Shown piece by piece: positions 9,659 through 19,738 of a stretch of 64,000 bases of DNA (the stretch's first letter is position 1; each line of letters opens with the position of its first letter). The stretch comes from Candidatus Micrarchaeota archaeon (GTDB lineage: Archaea; Micrarchaeota; Micrarchaeia; Anstonellales; Bilamarchaeaceae). The stretch covers positions 20,721 to 84,720 of the forward strand of contig JBFLVJ010000003.1 in assembly GCA_040758595.1 (NCBI GenBank). Reading direction: 5' to 3'. Position numbers and translations under genes: made by a program. A model generated the notes under the pieces. The model was not told where the DNA came from and ran no database searches. It saw nothing but the letters and a program-made list of their open reading frames with translations.

Positions 9659-10315
9659 ATGGCTAAAAATAAGAAGACCAAGAAGGCCGCTCTGAAGGCG
9701 CCTCCGGCAAAGCAGGCGCCCCAAGCGGCAGAGCAGGAGGAGATAGTCTTCGAGAAGGCCGAACCTTTCGGGTCGGCCACCGAGGAGCCGGCCATGCCAC
9801 AAGAGCCGCTTGAGACTCCGGCGGCACAGCTCCGGAAGAAGGATGGCAACTCGCTCATCAAGATGCTCGCTGTGGGCGCGATATTCATAATCGCCATGGC
9901 GATGGCATACCACTTCTTCGTCCTCGCGGCGCAGGCTTTCGCTCCAGGCACGAAGGTGGACAAGGCCACATTCGAAGGCATACTCGATGATGCCCAGAAG
10001 GTATATATAGTCATGGACGTGCGCGGCCTGACCGATGCGCAGATGAGCAACAACGTGATGCAGTGCGGCGTGGATTTCGCAGCCAGCACCTATCTGGGCG
10101 GCAAGGTCCGCATCCCAATATCCCTCGGGAACGAAGGCTGCGTGACGCCTGCAGGACCCACCCCGGTGGCTGACTGCTTCTCCATGCTCGCAGACGGCAC
10201 GACCCTGTACATACGCGGCGGGGAAAGCGCACCCCAGTACTACAGCAACGGCATGGTCGTCTATATCGGGAAGGATTACCAGTTGGGTAGCTGTTCGATA
10301 AAGCTAGCGCAGTGA
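9659..10315 (+). CDS. Membrane-anchored hypothetical protein (Lys/Ala/Pro-rich N-terminus, single TM, Cys-containing ectodomain)
   Basis: MAKNKKTKKAALKAPPAKQAP is a low-complexity N-terminus, followed by one TM helix. It lies 6 nt after the preceding gene. Confidence 0.35.
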   Translation: MAKNKKTKKAALKAPPAKQAPQAAEQEEIVFEKAEPFGSATEEPAMPQEPLETPAAQLRKKDGNSLIKMLAVGAIFIIAMAMAYHFFVLAAQAFAPGTKVDKATFEGILDDAQKVYIVMDVRGLTDAQMSNNVMQCGVDFAASTYLGGKVRIPISLGNEGCVTPAGPTPVADCFSMLADGTTLYIRGGESAPQYYSNGMVVYIGKDYQLGSCSIKLAQ

Positions 10316-10332
10316 GGCCAGCGCTCCTTTCT

Positions 10333-11538
10333 TCATCTCATCTTATACCTTAAGAAAGCCCCTATGCCGCCGAATCCGGTGAAGAACTGGTTCCCTTCCA
10401 CCGTGTTGGTGGAGACTATCTCCAGTGGTATCTCCGCCGCGCGGGCCAGTTCGCTCAAGTCGTCAAGGAGCAGCTCTTTCTTCTGGAGCTTCATCTGGCC
10501 GTTGCATTTCAGGCATGGGATGCTGTCGGCCGGCTCCTCCCGGGATATCTTCCTCTCTTCAGCGCCGCAGGATTGGCAGGTGTAATGGCCGCTCATGTGC
10601 TCGAGGCCCTCTGATATCAAGACCTTCTCGGCCTGGCGGCTCTCGATGGCTGATCGCACCTGCTTCTCGCCGTAGGTGGCAAGGCCGTCGCTGACGACCT
10701 CCTTGATGAACCTGTCTATCAGTATCTTTTCCTTGATGGCTTCCTGCTCAGCGAGTATGGTTTCGCTCTTGGAGAGGACCTCACGGACGCCGTACTCGTC
10801 GGTATACCCGGTGTCCACGACCCCCAGCACCTTTATCTGGTAGTTGAATGGCTTCATCTTCATGAAGAACTCCTTGGTCGGGCCCGGCCCGCCGACTATG
10901 ACCGCCTTGACGCGGTTCAGGAAGGCCTCGTCCATCGCCTCCCCGACTCTCTTGTAGTATAGCTCTATCTGCTCTTCGATGAGCCGCTCGTACCTCCTAG
11001 CCGACTGGCCTCCCTTCCTTATCTTGGCATGGGCTGTCGAGTTGAGCCTGTGGACCACCCGGATGTTGGTCCCCTTGACTATCGCCAGAGTGGCTTCCCG
11101 TCCGTCCAGGACGACCACTCCATACGTATCGGTGGCTCCGAGCATGTCCCGGAGCGGATCGAGGAAGAAGCGGCTGTCGCACCGGTATGCTCCGATGTTC
11201 AGTGGTTCCGGGGGCTCGATCGCGAAGAGCTCGATGTCGGTCTTGGCCGGATTGTCCGAGATATTCCCTGCGAAGACCGCTATGCCGTTGGCCGGGGCCT
11301 TCTTGTAGAGCTTGAAATGATTGAGTATCCTCTCCAATGCTCCAAGGACGTTGAGCTTGGTGGATTTGGATTTTATATTGCTGGCCTGGCTCATCTCCTC
11401 CCTCAGCTTGTTGCCCATCTCGTGTATGGGCGAGCCTGAAGGCACATAAACCGAAATCAGCTCGGTCCCGCTGCCTCTATATCCTTCGAGCTGGCGGAGC
11501 TGTCTCTTCAAGTGATATGTCTTCTCTGAATCGGCCAT
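10333..11538 (-). CDS. prf1: Peptide chain release factor aRF1
   Basis: GGQ motif (GGQSARRYERL), an NIKS-like region (NIKSKST) and a C-terminal Zn-ribbon CxxC...CxxC, in ~400 aa. Confidence 0.9.
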   Translation of the reverse strand: MADSEKTYHLKRQLRQLEGYRGSGTELISVYVPSGSPIHEMGNKLREEMSQASNIKSKSTKLNVLGALERILNHFKLYKKAPANGIAVFAGNISDNPAKTDIELFAIEPPEPLNIGAYRCDSRFFLDPLRDMLGATDTYGVVVLDGREATLAIVKGTNIRVVHRLNSTAHAKIRKGGQSARRYERLIEEQIELYYKRVGEAMDEAFLNRVKAVIVGGPGPTKEFFMKMKPFNYQIKVLGVVDTGYTDEYGVREVLSKSETILAEQEAIKEKILIDRFIKEVVSDGLATYGEKQVRSAIESRQAEKVLISEGLEHMSGHYTCQSCGAEERKISREEPADSIPCLKCNGQMKLQKKELLLDDLSELARAAEIPLEIVSTNTVEGNQFFTGFGGIGAFLRYKMR

Positions 11539-11542
11539 CTTC

Positions 11543-11980
11543 TCACTGCTTGAGCTTCTCTTTGAAATCCCGGAGCTTCGACGCGAGCGCCGGGTCGCTG
11601 ATGGCGAGCATCTGGACCGCCAGTAGGGCTGCGTTCTTGCCCATGCCTATCCCTACGCATGCCACGGGCACGTTCGGGGGCATCTGGGCTATCGAGAGCA
11701 GGGAATCCAGGCCGCCGACCGCAGCTTCCACAGGAACGCCGATGACCGGCTTGACGGTGTGGGATGCGATGACTCCTGGGAGGGCGGCGCTCAGGCCGGC
11801 TATCCCTATGAAAATCTCGGCGCTGCTCTCCTTGACCAGCTTCCCCACTTTCTCGGGATTGCGGTGGGCAGATGCCACCTCGTGCTTATAAGGCACGCCG
11901 AAAGCGTCCAGCACCTCGGTGACTTTGGCGACTATATCGCTGTCGCTCTTGCTTCCTGCCAGAACAAGGACTTTTTCCAT
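11543..11980 (-). CDS. purE: N5-carboxyaminoimidazole ribonucleotide mutase PurE
   Basis: The N-terminus KVLVLAGSKSD and the overall ~145-aa PurE fold signature are present. Confidence 0.85.
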   Translation of the reverse strand: MEKVLVLAGSKSDSDIVAKVTEVLDAFGVPYKHEVASAHRNPEKVGKLVKESSAEIFIGIAGLSAALPGVIASHTVKPVIGVPVEAAVGGLDSLLSIAQMPPNVPVACVGIGMGKNAALLAVQMLAISDPALASKLRDFKEKLKQ

Positions 11981-12021
11981 ATAAGATTCTCCCGCCCAAT
12001 GTTTAAATTATATTAGGGAGG

Positions 12022-12615
12022 TCACTTCAGCAGCCTGACGCTTCCGTCCGAGAAGTGGTACATCGCCCCGACGAGCTTCGTTTTGCCGCTTTCGACCGCC
12101 TTCCTTGTTATCTCGCTCTTCTCCATGATCTCAACGATTACGGCCTTGACGTTCGCCTCGGCGCATTTCATCACGTCCGCTGCCTTGTCGTCCGTCCTCT
12201 TGACGCCTGCGATCGCGGGCTCTATCTTCTCCATTATCGCCGTTATGTTACCTTCCCTATGCTTGTCATACGCTGCTGTCACCGCCCCGCACTTCTCGTG
12301 GCCGAGGACCACGACCACCGGCGTGTGCAGGTGGGCCACAGCGTACTCTATAGAGCCGATAGCTATCGCATCCACCACATTGCCTGCGCTAATCACGGTG
12401 AATATGTCCCCGAGGCCGACATCGAACGTGTACTCAGGCACCATCCTAGAGTCGGAGCAGCACACGACCGTCGCGAACGGCTTCTGACCTCCCTTCAGCT
12501 CTTCTCTCCTCGCCGCGAACGTCTTGTGCACCATCTTGTCTTCCAAGAACCTCTTGTTCCCTTCCATCAATCTGTCCATAGCCTGTTTCGGGTCCATCGA
12601 ATCAGCTCCTGACAT
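12022..12615 (-). CDS. Beta-class carbonic anhydrase
   Basis: CSDSR and HEKCGAV zinc-ligand motifs are present, at ~197 aa. Confidence 0.8.
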   Translation of the reverse strand: MSGADSMDPKQAMDRLMEGNKRFLEDKMVHKTFAARREELKGGQKPFATVVCCSDSRMVPEYTFDVGLGDIFTVISAGNVVDAIAIGSIEYAVAHLHTPVVVVLGHEKCGAVTAAYDKHREGNITAIMEKIEPAIAGVKRTDDKAADVMKCAEANVKAVIVEIMEKSEITRKAVESGKTKLVGAMYHFSDGSVRLLK

Positions 12616-12708
12616 CTCAGCAGATCAGCATCAGACAATCGGCTAGAACATTTAAAAAAACGTGGGAACTCGCTGCGTTTTTAAACAGTTCTACTCTCTT
12701 ATATCTTC

Positions 12709-13854
12709 ATGGCCAACCACACAACTCAGAAACCCCCAAAGGAAGCCATCGCTCGATCGAAGAAACCCGTTTTCCCGGCAGGTCTACTTCTTTCAACGAG
12801 CAGGCTCGTGAATCTTCGAAAGAAGCACACAGAAGGGGTCCTCTCAGCCGAGGAATCCGAGGCATTTATACTCGCCGGGAACGCAGGCCATGCAGCCGCA
12901 GTCAAGGAGGCGTCCATGAGCCCCCGCGAGAGGTTCGAGAAGATAAAGGCTGGAGAAGCAGATTACCTGATAATCCGCTGCTCTGACGCCCGCGTCCACA
13001 AGAGCGATTCCGAGACCGACTCGCTGGTCGGCATGCATGTCTATATTGCTGGCAACGTCGTGCCTGGAGGCCATACCGTCTCCCAGGAAGAGCTGGTAGA
13101 TGCGCTCTCGCTTCTCCGCCCGGGCGGGGTGGTCGTCGTCGAAGGCCACTGCCACTGCGGTGCGGTCGCAGAATGCGTGAAATGGACCGCTAACGGGAAG
13201 GGCCGCACCGGAAGCGAACCCCTGGACCACCTCCTCCAGGAGATAGTCGGAAGCACCCCTGAAAGCAACGCGATGGGGCAGCACGAGAAGCTCCGCAAGG
13301 TGGCCCAGCTGCTGGACAAACAGGTCGTCTGCATGATGTACGACTGGGACCGCGGAACCATCGATGTCCTCGACAAGGGCAGCTCGGACCTGGTGCAGCT
13401 CCTCTCGGATTCGTTCGCGCTCCAGCACAAGAAGGCCGACCCGGACGGAAAACTCGGGCAGAAGATAGCGAAGCAGAAACCCCACGCGATAGCTATCGCA
13501 TACTCCCAGCTCCCCTTCAGTGTCAGCACCATAACCAGAGCAGAGCAGAACGAGATATTCAACACCACCGGTTCCGAAGGCGGGCTGGACGACTTCGATG
13601 CCGCATCAATACTCTATGCGGTTTCCCACCTGAAGGTCAGGCACATCCCGTTCATCGCCCCCCTCACCGGAGGGAAGCCGGGCAAGGTCAGCAAGATGTT
13701 CGACAAATGGGAGGCAGACCTGCGTGCGATGACCGTGGACGGCGAACCGATGATGGCGAAAATGCTGGATTCGGGCGAACTGAAGATCAGCCGCCTGGGC
13801 TATGATCTCGACACCGGCGTCCTAAAAACCCTCGGGAAGAGCACAGGCATTTAA
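12709..13854 (+). CDS. Beta-carbonic-anhydrase-like N-terminal domain fused to a ~200-aa uncharacterised C-terminal extension
   Basis: RCSDAR and GHCHCGAV preserve the Cys/Asp/Arg and His-x-x-Cys ligand pattern. It is divergently transcribed from the canonical beta-CA. Confidence 0.5.
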   Translation: MANHTTQKPPKEAIARSKKPVFPAGLLLSTSRLVNLRKKHTEGVLSAEESEAFILAGNAGHAAAVKEASMSPRERFEKIKAGEADYLIIRCSDARVHKSDSETDSLVGMHVYIAGNVVPGGHTVSQEELVDALSLLRPGGVVVVEGHCHCGAVAECVKWTANGKGRTGSEPLDHLLQEIVGSTPESNAMGQHEKLRKVAQLLDKQVVCMMYDWDRGTIDVLDKGSSDLVQLLSDSFALQHKKADPDGKLGQKIAKQKPHAIAIAYSQLPFSVSTITRAEQNEIFNTTGSEGGLDDFDAASILYAVSHLKVRHIPFIAPLTGGKPGKVSKMFDKWEADLRAMTVDGEPMMAKMLDSGELKISRLGYDLDTGVLKTLGKSTGI

Positions 13855-13934
13855 ACTCTTTATCCCCTTCTTCTATGTGGATGTTCGGGAGAGCGGGTTT
13901 TCCGTTCTGGGTCCTGTGTCTCGGGCGTTGCGCT

Positions 13935-13961
13935 CGAAACACGGAACCCGAAACACGGAAC
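13935..13961. repeat. Tandem direct repeat CGAAACACGGAAC x2 within a motif-rich intergenic region upstream of glmS
   Basis: Read directly: cgaaacacggaacc-cgaaacacggaaca. It is flanked by ggagaccgg x2 and GGGTTTT/GGTCTCG-type motifs that recur near the tRNAs. Confidence 0.5.
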
Positions 13962-14023
13962 ACTGAACCCGGAGACCGGGGGCTGGAGACCGGAAACCGT
14001 TTTCTCGAAACAGGTGAATCCTG

Positions 14024-15760
14024 ATGTGCGGCATCATCGGCTATGTAGGCCCGGGCAAGGCCTCAGAGGTCTTGACCGAAGGGCTCAAGCGCCTCGAATA
14101 CCGGGGATACGATTCAGTGGGCATAGCCGTGCTCAATGACAGGAAACTGGAGCTCAAGAAGGACAAGGGCATGGTGGGCGAGGTCTCGGATGCCATGGGC
14201 TTCACAGCGATGGATGGGAACATCGGCCTGGGGCACACCCGTTGGGCGACCCACGGGGCGGTCTGCAAGGAGAATGCGCACCCTCATGCCGATTGCGGCG
14301 GCAATATAGTCCTGGCTCACAATGGCGTGATCGAGAATTTCTCCGTCTTGAAGGAAAGGCTGGCCGCCTCAGGGCACAGGTTCGTTTCCGACACCGATTC
14401 AGAGATAATCGCCCATCTGATAGAAGAGAACGCGAAAAGCCAGCCGCTCCTCAAAGCGTTCCTGAAATCGCTCCGCGAGCTGGAGGGCTCATATGCCATC
14501 GTCGCGGTGAGCGCCGCTGACGGAGAGGAGAAGCTCTTCGTCGCCAGGAAGAACAGCCCCCTTGTCATAGGGGTGGGCAAAGGCGAGATGCTCTGCGCAT
14601 CAGACATCCCGGCGATGCTCAGATACACCCGCACCTTCGTCCCTCTCCAGGAAGGCGATGCGGCCGTGCTGACAAGAAGCGGATATAAGGTCTATTCGCT
14701 TGAGGGCACCGAGGTGGAACGGAAACAGATCACTGTGGACTGGGACGACGATGTGGCCCAGAAGGGCGGATACCCGCATTTCATGCTCAAGGAGATAATG
14801 GACCAGAAGCATTTCATCAACGAGAGCCTGGCTGCGGATGTGGATGCGGCTAAGGCGCTCATCGACAAGCACGAGCGGATAGATATCATAGCGGCAGGGA
14901 CATCCTACCATGCCGGCCTATTGTTCTCATATCTTCTCCAGAAGATGGGGAAGGCCGCCCAGACGTTCGTGGCGAGCGACTATCCGTTCATAACCCAGCC
15001 CGACGTGAAAACGCTCATAATTGGTGTGAGCCAGAGCGGCGAGACGGCCGATGTGCTCCAGGCTTTCCGTTATGCGGATAAGAACAAGAAGATCGTCCTG
15101 GTCAACACCATGAGCTCTTCCATAACCGGTCTCTCGGACTGCGTCGTATACATGAATGCCGGGCCGGAAGTCGGCGTGGCTGCCACGAAGACATTCACCT
15201 GCACGCTGGCCGTGATGCTGAAAATCATCTTTGGGAAAGAGAGGCTCAAGGGCCTCTCGGCCCTTGTCGAAGCCATGCTGGCCCAGGAGAACGAGATAAA
15301 GAAGCTCGCCCAGGTGCTGGCACCGAAACAGGATGCATTCTTCCTGGGCCGGGGGGTGAGCTTTCCCATGGCCTACGAAGCATCGCACAAATTCAAGGAG
15401 ATAACATATGTCCATTCAGAGGCATATCCCGGCGGCGAACTCAAGCACGGGGCGCTGAGCCTGGTGGAGGATGGTTTCCCTGTCATTGTGCTTGCGCCCA
15501 GGGACGAGAGCATCCAGAAACTATTCGGCAACATCAAGGAAGTGAAAGCCCGCGGAGGGGTCATCTTCAGCGTCACCGATGATCCTGAGGTCAAGAAAGA
15601 GAGCGAGTTCCATATAAATATCCCGGAAGGGATCGATCCGATACTATATCCGATAGCCCTCATAGTCCCGCTGCACCTGCTAGCCTATCATACCAGCGTG
15701 CTGAGGGGCATAAACCCTGACCGTCCGAGGAACCTTGCGAAAACGGTCACTGTAGAATAG
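14024..15760 (+). CDS. glmS: Glutamine--fructose-6-phosphate aminotransferase (isomerising)
   Basis: MCGIIGY Ntn-glutaminase start followed by two SIS domains, ~578 aa. Confidence 0.9.
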   Translation: MCGIIGYVGPGKASEVLTEGLKRLEYRGYDSVGIAVLNDRKLELKKDKGMVGEVSDAMGFTAMDGNIGLGHTRWATHGAVCKENAHPHADCGGNIVLAHNGVIENFSVLKERLAASGHRFVSDTDSEIIAHLIEENAKSQPLLKAFLKSLRELEGSYAIVAVSAADGEEKLFVARKNSPLVIGVGKGEMLCASDIPAMLRYTRTFVPLQEGDAAVLTRSGYKVYSLEGTEVERKQITVDWDDDVAQKGGYPHFMLKEIMDQKHFINESLAADVDAAKALIDKHERIDIIAAGTSYHAGLLFSYLLQKMGKAAQTFVASDYPFITQPDVKTLIIGVSQSGETADVLQAFRYADKNKKIVLVNTMSSSITGLSDCVVYMNAGPEVGVAATKTFTCTLAVMLKIIFGKERLKGLSALVEAMLAQENEIKKLAQVLAPKQDAFFLGRGVSFPMAYEASHKFKEITYVHSEAYPGGELKHGALSLVEDGFPVIVLAPRDESIQKLFGNIKEVKARGGVIFSVTDDPEVKKESEFHINIPEGIDPILYPIALIVPLHLLAYHTSVLRGINPDRPRNLAKTVTVE

Positions 15761-17416
15761 CTACTTCTTCTTCGCGAACCTCTGCTTGAGCAGCCTGGTC
15801 CAGAGGACCCAGAAGCTCGCGAGGAGCAGGACGATGCCTATCCCCAGGTAGAGCGGGCTTATGCCGCTGGAGTTGACGGTTATGTTAACCGTCGCATCCC
15901 TGAAGCCTATCTTCTTCACGCTCACCTGATAGTTGCCGGCTTCGTTTATGGTGGTGGTGTAGTTCTTGTCGGACTGGCTGGAAACGCTGTCGAAAGAGAT
16001 GCCGAACCGGTTCACCGGAGATCCGTCATCCCCGTCGTTGACGTAGATGGTGAACGGCTGGCCTTCGACTATATCGGGCGATACGGTGACCACCAGGTCG
16101 CTGAGGGCGGCCGTCGGATTGTGCGTTATCGTCACTGTGGTATGGGTCTGGCCCATCTCGCTGCCCCCCGCATCCGCCACCTGGCATGATATGGTGTTCA
16201 ACCCGGAGACGAGGCTCTTGGATGGGTCCACATAATACACCCAGTCGACCTGGCCGGTATCGGCTTCCATCCATTCTCCGCTATTTATCCTGACCATGAT
16301 CTTGGCGCTGCCAGCCTCTGAGACGTACTTCCCGCGCACTTCGACCTCTTTGCGTCCTGCCTCATCCCCCTCCAGCGGGCTGGTGATGGAGCATGCCCTC
16401 TCTGTGCTGTAAGCGTATGCCCGGCCGTCTCCGGCTCCGAAAACGACCCTGTTCTGGTAGAAGAGCGGCGACCCTGCGGCTCCGGTTGCAGAGCCTTTCC
16501 AGACTATCTCGCCGCTGCTCTTCGACATCGCATACACATTCTGGTCGGTGCTGCCCACGAACACGACATCCCCACCACCCATGATGCCTGATTCAGGCTG
16601 TGATATGACGGCTAGCTGGGTCTGGGAGCTCCATCTGGGTTTACCGCTCCCGGCGTCAAGGGCATATGTGTTTCCGTCATTGCCTCCGAAATACACCACA
16701 CCGTCTTGCACGAGCGGGGTGCCGCCAACCCAGCTCTTCGTTCTGAAATCCCAAAGTTCGAGGCCGTTGTTGACAGAGAATGCGTGCATCCGGTCATCCA
16801 GGCCGCCCACGTAGACGACTCCGTCTTCTATGACCGGCTTCGATATCCAGAAGACGCCGTCGTAGATGCGGGCCCTCCATTGTATGGCGCCTGTCTGCGT
16901 CATCTTGACAAGTTCGTCGTCTTTGCCGAAAATGATGAAGTCCGCTCCTGCGGCCGGCGCAGTGAGCACCGAGTCGTTGAAGGACATGAGCCTGGACCTC
17001 AATGTCCCGCCTTTCTCCAGGGCATAGACTCCGTTGTTGGCCGTCACGAATATGGTGTTCGATGTTATGCCGATCCCGTATATCCTGCTGACATTCGTCT
17101 CCTTGGGCCTGAGGTCGGCCACCCACTGGACCGCTCCACCGGCGCCTATCTTTGCCACCTTGCCTTCGTCGACCGGGACATATATGGCGTTGTCCGCCAT
17201 CATCGGATCGCCGGGCGTACCGCCTACCGAGGCCTGCCATCTCTTGGCCCCGGTGGCGGGATCGAGAGCATAGACATTGCCGTCGTCTGATGCGACCACC
17301 ACCAGGTTCTGGTAGATGACCGGTTTGGCGCTTATCGGGCCGTCGGTCCCGAACTGCCAGAGAAGAGAAGCGAAAGATAAGGAGATAAGGGCCAGGAGAA
17401 AGAACGCCTTCTTCAT
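15761..17416 (-). CDS. PQQ-like beta-propeller repeat surface protein with signal peptide and C-terminal TM anchor
   Basis: It contains multiple repeats of the form 'NG.VYAL/A.D/A.SG...W' (PQQ/BamB-like blades), an N-terminal signal peptide and a C-terminal hydrophobic helix followed by a KKK tail. Confidence 0.6.
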   Translation of the reverse strand: MKKAFFLLALISLSFASLLWQFGTDGPISAKPVIYQNLVVVASDDGNVYALDPATGAKRWQASVGGTPGDPMMADNAIYVPVDEGKVAKIGAGGAVQWVADLRPKETNVSRIYGIGITSNTIFVTANNGVYALEKGGTLRSRLMSFNDSVLTAPAAGADFIIFGKDDELVKMTQTGAIQWRARIYDGVFWISKPVIEDGVVYVGGLDDRMHAFSVNNGLELWDFRTKSWVGGTPLVQDGVVYFGGNDGNTYALDAGSGKPRWSSQTQLAVISQPESGIMGGGDVVFVGSTDQNVYAMSKSSGEIVWKGSATGAAGSPLFYQNRVVFGAGDGRAYAYSTERACSITSPLEGDEAGRKEVEVRGKYVSEAGSAKIMVRINSGEWMEADTGQVDWVYYVDPSKSLVSGLNTISCQVADAGGSEMGQTHTTVTITHNPTAALSDLVVTVSPDIVEGQPFTIYVNDGDDGSPVNRFGISFDSVSSQSDKNYTTTINEAGNYQVSVKKIGFRDATVNITVNSSGISPLYLGIGIVLLLASFWVLWTRLLKQRFAKKK

Positions 17417-17420
17417 GATT

Positions 17421-17891
17421 TCAGCCTTTGAGGAGAGAGTCGTGCTTTCCCTGCTCCACTTCCTGAATCATGTCCTTCGCATTCTTGCCATCGATAGTGA
17501 TTCCCATGCTTACGCATGTCCCCATTACCTCTTTAAGCGTTTCCTTGACGTTCCTCCCTAGCGAATTCGGCTTTGATTTCGCAATGCCTACTAGCTTGGA
17601 GAGGGGGATGTTACCGGCCGGAGCCTCGCGGTTGCCGGCGCCCTTCTCGACGCCCGCCTCCTTCTTCACTATCTCGGAAGTGGGCGGAGAGCCGACTTCC
17701 ACAGTGAATGTCTTGGTTCCAGGATCCACATTGACGGTCACCGGGACCTTCATGCCTGAAAAGGCCTTGGTCATCTCGTTTATCTTGGCCACTACCTGGC
17801 CTATGTTGACTCCCATGGGTGCCAGAGCGGGCGCCAGCGGCGGCCCGGGGGTGGCTTTCCCGCCTTCCACTACGACATTTATCGTCTTCAT
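17421..17891 (-). CDS. rpl11: 50S ribosomal protein L11
   Basis: Contains PPLGPALAP-like PGPPLAPALAPMGVNI and the conserved L11 N-terminal domain, ~156 aa. Confidence 0.85.
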   Translation of the reverse strand: MKTINVVVEGGKATPGPPLAPALAPMGVNIGQVVAKINEMTKAFSGMKVPVTVNVDPGTKTFTVEVGSPPTSEIVKKEAGVEKGAGNREAPAGNIPLSKLVGIAKSKPNSLGRNVKETLKEVMGTCVSMGITIDGKNAKDMIQEVEQGKHDSLLKG

Positions 17892-17989
17892 TTAGATACC
17901 TCTCGCGCGGGTCTATGCCCCGCAGTGCTGTCACTGAATAGCGCTATTCATGATTCAGCTTCTTGTTTTTAAAGATATAGTTTCCAATT

Positions 17990-18733
17990 GTGGGCATGGA
18001 GGACGACCTTTCCAGGACATTCCGATACGCGGCCGATTTCTATCTCAAGAGGCTCAATATCATAATCATCTTCTCCATACCCTTTGTCCTGGCATTCCTC
18101 ATCCCGGTCCTTGTCCCAGCGCCTACCTATACCGCCCTGGGCGGTGTGTTCCTCAGGACCGGGAGCTTCCCGGAACTGGACATCCTGGACATCGTCATCA
18201 CCGTCGTGGCGTATGCCCTGGCTGTATTCATCATCTCGGACACGCTGGTCAATATCAACATCGTCATCCGCTCGAAGAGGACTCTCACCAGCATCAGGCA
18301 CGAAGTCATATCCGCCATGGGCACCTACGGGACCCGTATCTTCTATATCTATACTATGGCCCTCCTGCTGATGCTGATAGTGCAGCTCATGACTTACGAC
18401 AATCCGCTCCAGCCTTGGTTATACCCGATATTCACGCTCGTGGTCTCCGGCCTGCTCTTCTTCGTCCCGCCCGCCGTTGTGATAGACAACTCCGACACCC
18501 CGACCGCCATCAGGCGCTCGGCAGCTATGGCCATCAGGAACCCGCATCTTGTCCTCCTTTGGGTCCTGCTATCCCTCTTCTGCCTATCTGCGCTGAAGCT
18601 GGTGGCCGACATCATCTTCTCCAGCCCGTTCTCGGGCTACTTCGTCCTTTTGATAAACTCGTTGATACTGCTCCCGTTCCTGACCGTCCTGCAGACACAG
18701 ATGTACATGGAGAAATATCCGCTCGCAAGGTAG
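17990..18733 (+). CDS. Hypothetical polytopic membrane protein
   Basis: About 6 TM helices. The alternative 17950..18822 frame is the GC-rich shadow of this ORF. Confidence 0.4.
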   Translation: MGMEDDLSRTFRYAADFYLKRLNIIIIFSIPFVLAFLIPVLVPAPTYTALGGVFLRTGSFPELDILDIVITVVAYALAVFIISDTLVNINIVIRSKRTLTSIRHEVISAMGTYGTRIFYIYTMALLLMLIVQLMTYDNPLQPWLYPIFTLVVSGLLFFVPPAVVIDNSDTPTAIRRSAAMAIRNPHLVLLWVLLSLFCLSALKLVADIIFSSPFSGYFVLLINSLILLPFLTVLQTQMYMEKYPLAR

Positions 18734-18739
18734 GCAAAC

Positions 18740-19738
18740 ATGGCAAAGGAGCAGAACAACCAGACAGAATCACGCAAGAAAGAGCACGTCGACCTGGTGG
18801 TGTCGAAAGCGGCCCAGTATGAGCGCAGCTCTGGCCTCGAGAAGGTCAATTTCGTCCACAACGCGCTTCCGGAATTATCTCTCGAGTCCGTGGACCTCTC
18901 CTGCAAGTTCCTCGGTAAAGAGATGAGATACCCCCTCCTGATAACCGGCATGACCGGCGGCTATGCCGATGCCGAGAGCATAAACAAGTCGCTGGCCGCG
19001 GCGGCGCAGAAGCACGGTCTGGCATTCGGCGTGGGGTCCCAGAGGGCGATGATCGAGAATCCTGATCTGGCCAAGACATACGCGGTCCGGGATGTGGCGC
19101 CAGACATCCCGCTCCTGGCAAACATAGGGGCCTTCCAGCTCAAGAACTACGATTTCGAGCAGATCGAGTCGCTTGTCAGCAACATCGATGCCGATGCGCT
19201 GGCAGTCCATCTCAACTCCCTCCAGGAGGTCATACAGGCCGAGGGGGACACCGATTTCAGCGGGGTGCTGGATGCCATCAGACGCACCTGCGACAAGCTC
19301 TCGGTCCCTGTAGTCGTCAAGGAGACCGGGGCCGGCATCAGCCAGGAGGTGGCGCTCAAGCTCAAGGAAGCCGGCGCGGCATGTATAGACGTGGCCGGAG
19401 CAGGAGGGACGTCCTGGAGCCAGGTGGAATATCTGCGTTCCCAGGGGGTTCCTGGTTTCGAGAACTGGGGCATACCGACCCTCGATTGCATCATCCAGTG
19501 CAGAGGGGTGCTCCCGATAATCGCCAGCGGCGGCATCCGCGACGGCATAGAGGCCGCCAAATGCATCGCCCTCGGGGCGGACATCGCCGGGGCGGCATTC
19601 CCCTTCATAAAAGCGCTCAAGGAGGATGCCCTCGAGGACTACATCGTCCTCATAGGGAAGCAGATGAAGATATGCGCCTACCTGACGGGGTCTTCGACGA
19701 TAGCAGAGCTCAAGAAGGCCAAACTGCTTATCTCGTAG
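18740..19738 (+). CDS. fni: Isopentenyl-diphosphate delta-isomerase, type 2 (FMN-dependent)
   Basis: TIM-barrel FMN oxidoreductase-like sequence with the conserved pattern GMTGG ... VVKETGAGIS ... IASGGIRDG, typical of IDI-2. It starts 7 nt after the preceding gene. Confidence 0.75.
   Translation: MAKEQNNQTESRKKEHVDLVVSKAAQYERSSGLEKVNFVHNALPELSLESVDLSCKFLGKEMRYPLLITGMTGGYADAESINKSLAAAAQKHGLAFGVGSQRAMIENPDLAKTYAVRDVAPDIPLLANIGAFQLKNYDFEQIESLVSNIDADALAVHLNSLQEVIQAEGDTDFSGVLDAIRRTCDKLSVPVVVKETGAGISQEVALKLKEAGAACIDVAGAGGTSWSQVEYLRSQGVPGFENWGIPTLDCIIQCRGVLPIIASGGIRDGIEAAKCIALGADIAGAAFPFIKALKEDALEDYIVLIGKQMKICAYLTGSSTIAELKKAKLLIS

Noticed and set aside
13855-14023. Possible glmS ribozyme upstream of glmS
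   Set aside because: The glmS ribozyme is a bacterial (mainly Firmicutes) element. The organism appears archaeal and I see none of the conserved ribozyme core. The repeats here resemble the local GGGTTTT/GGTCTCG motif family instead.
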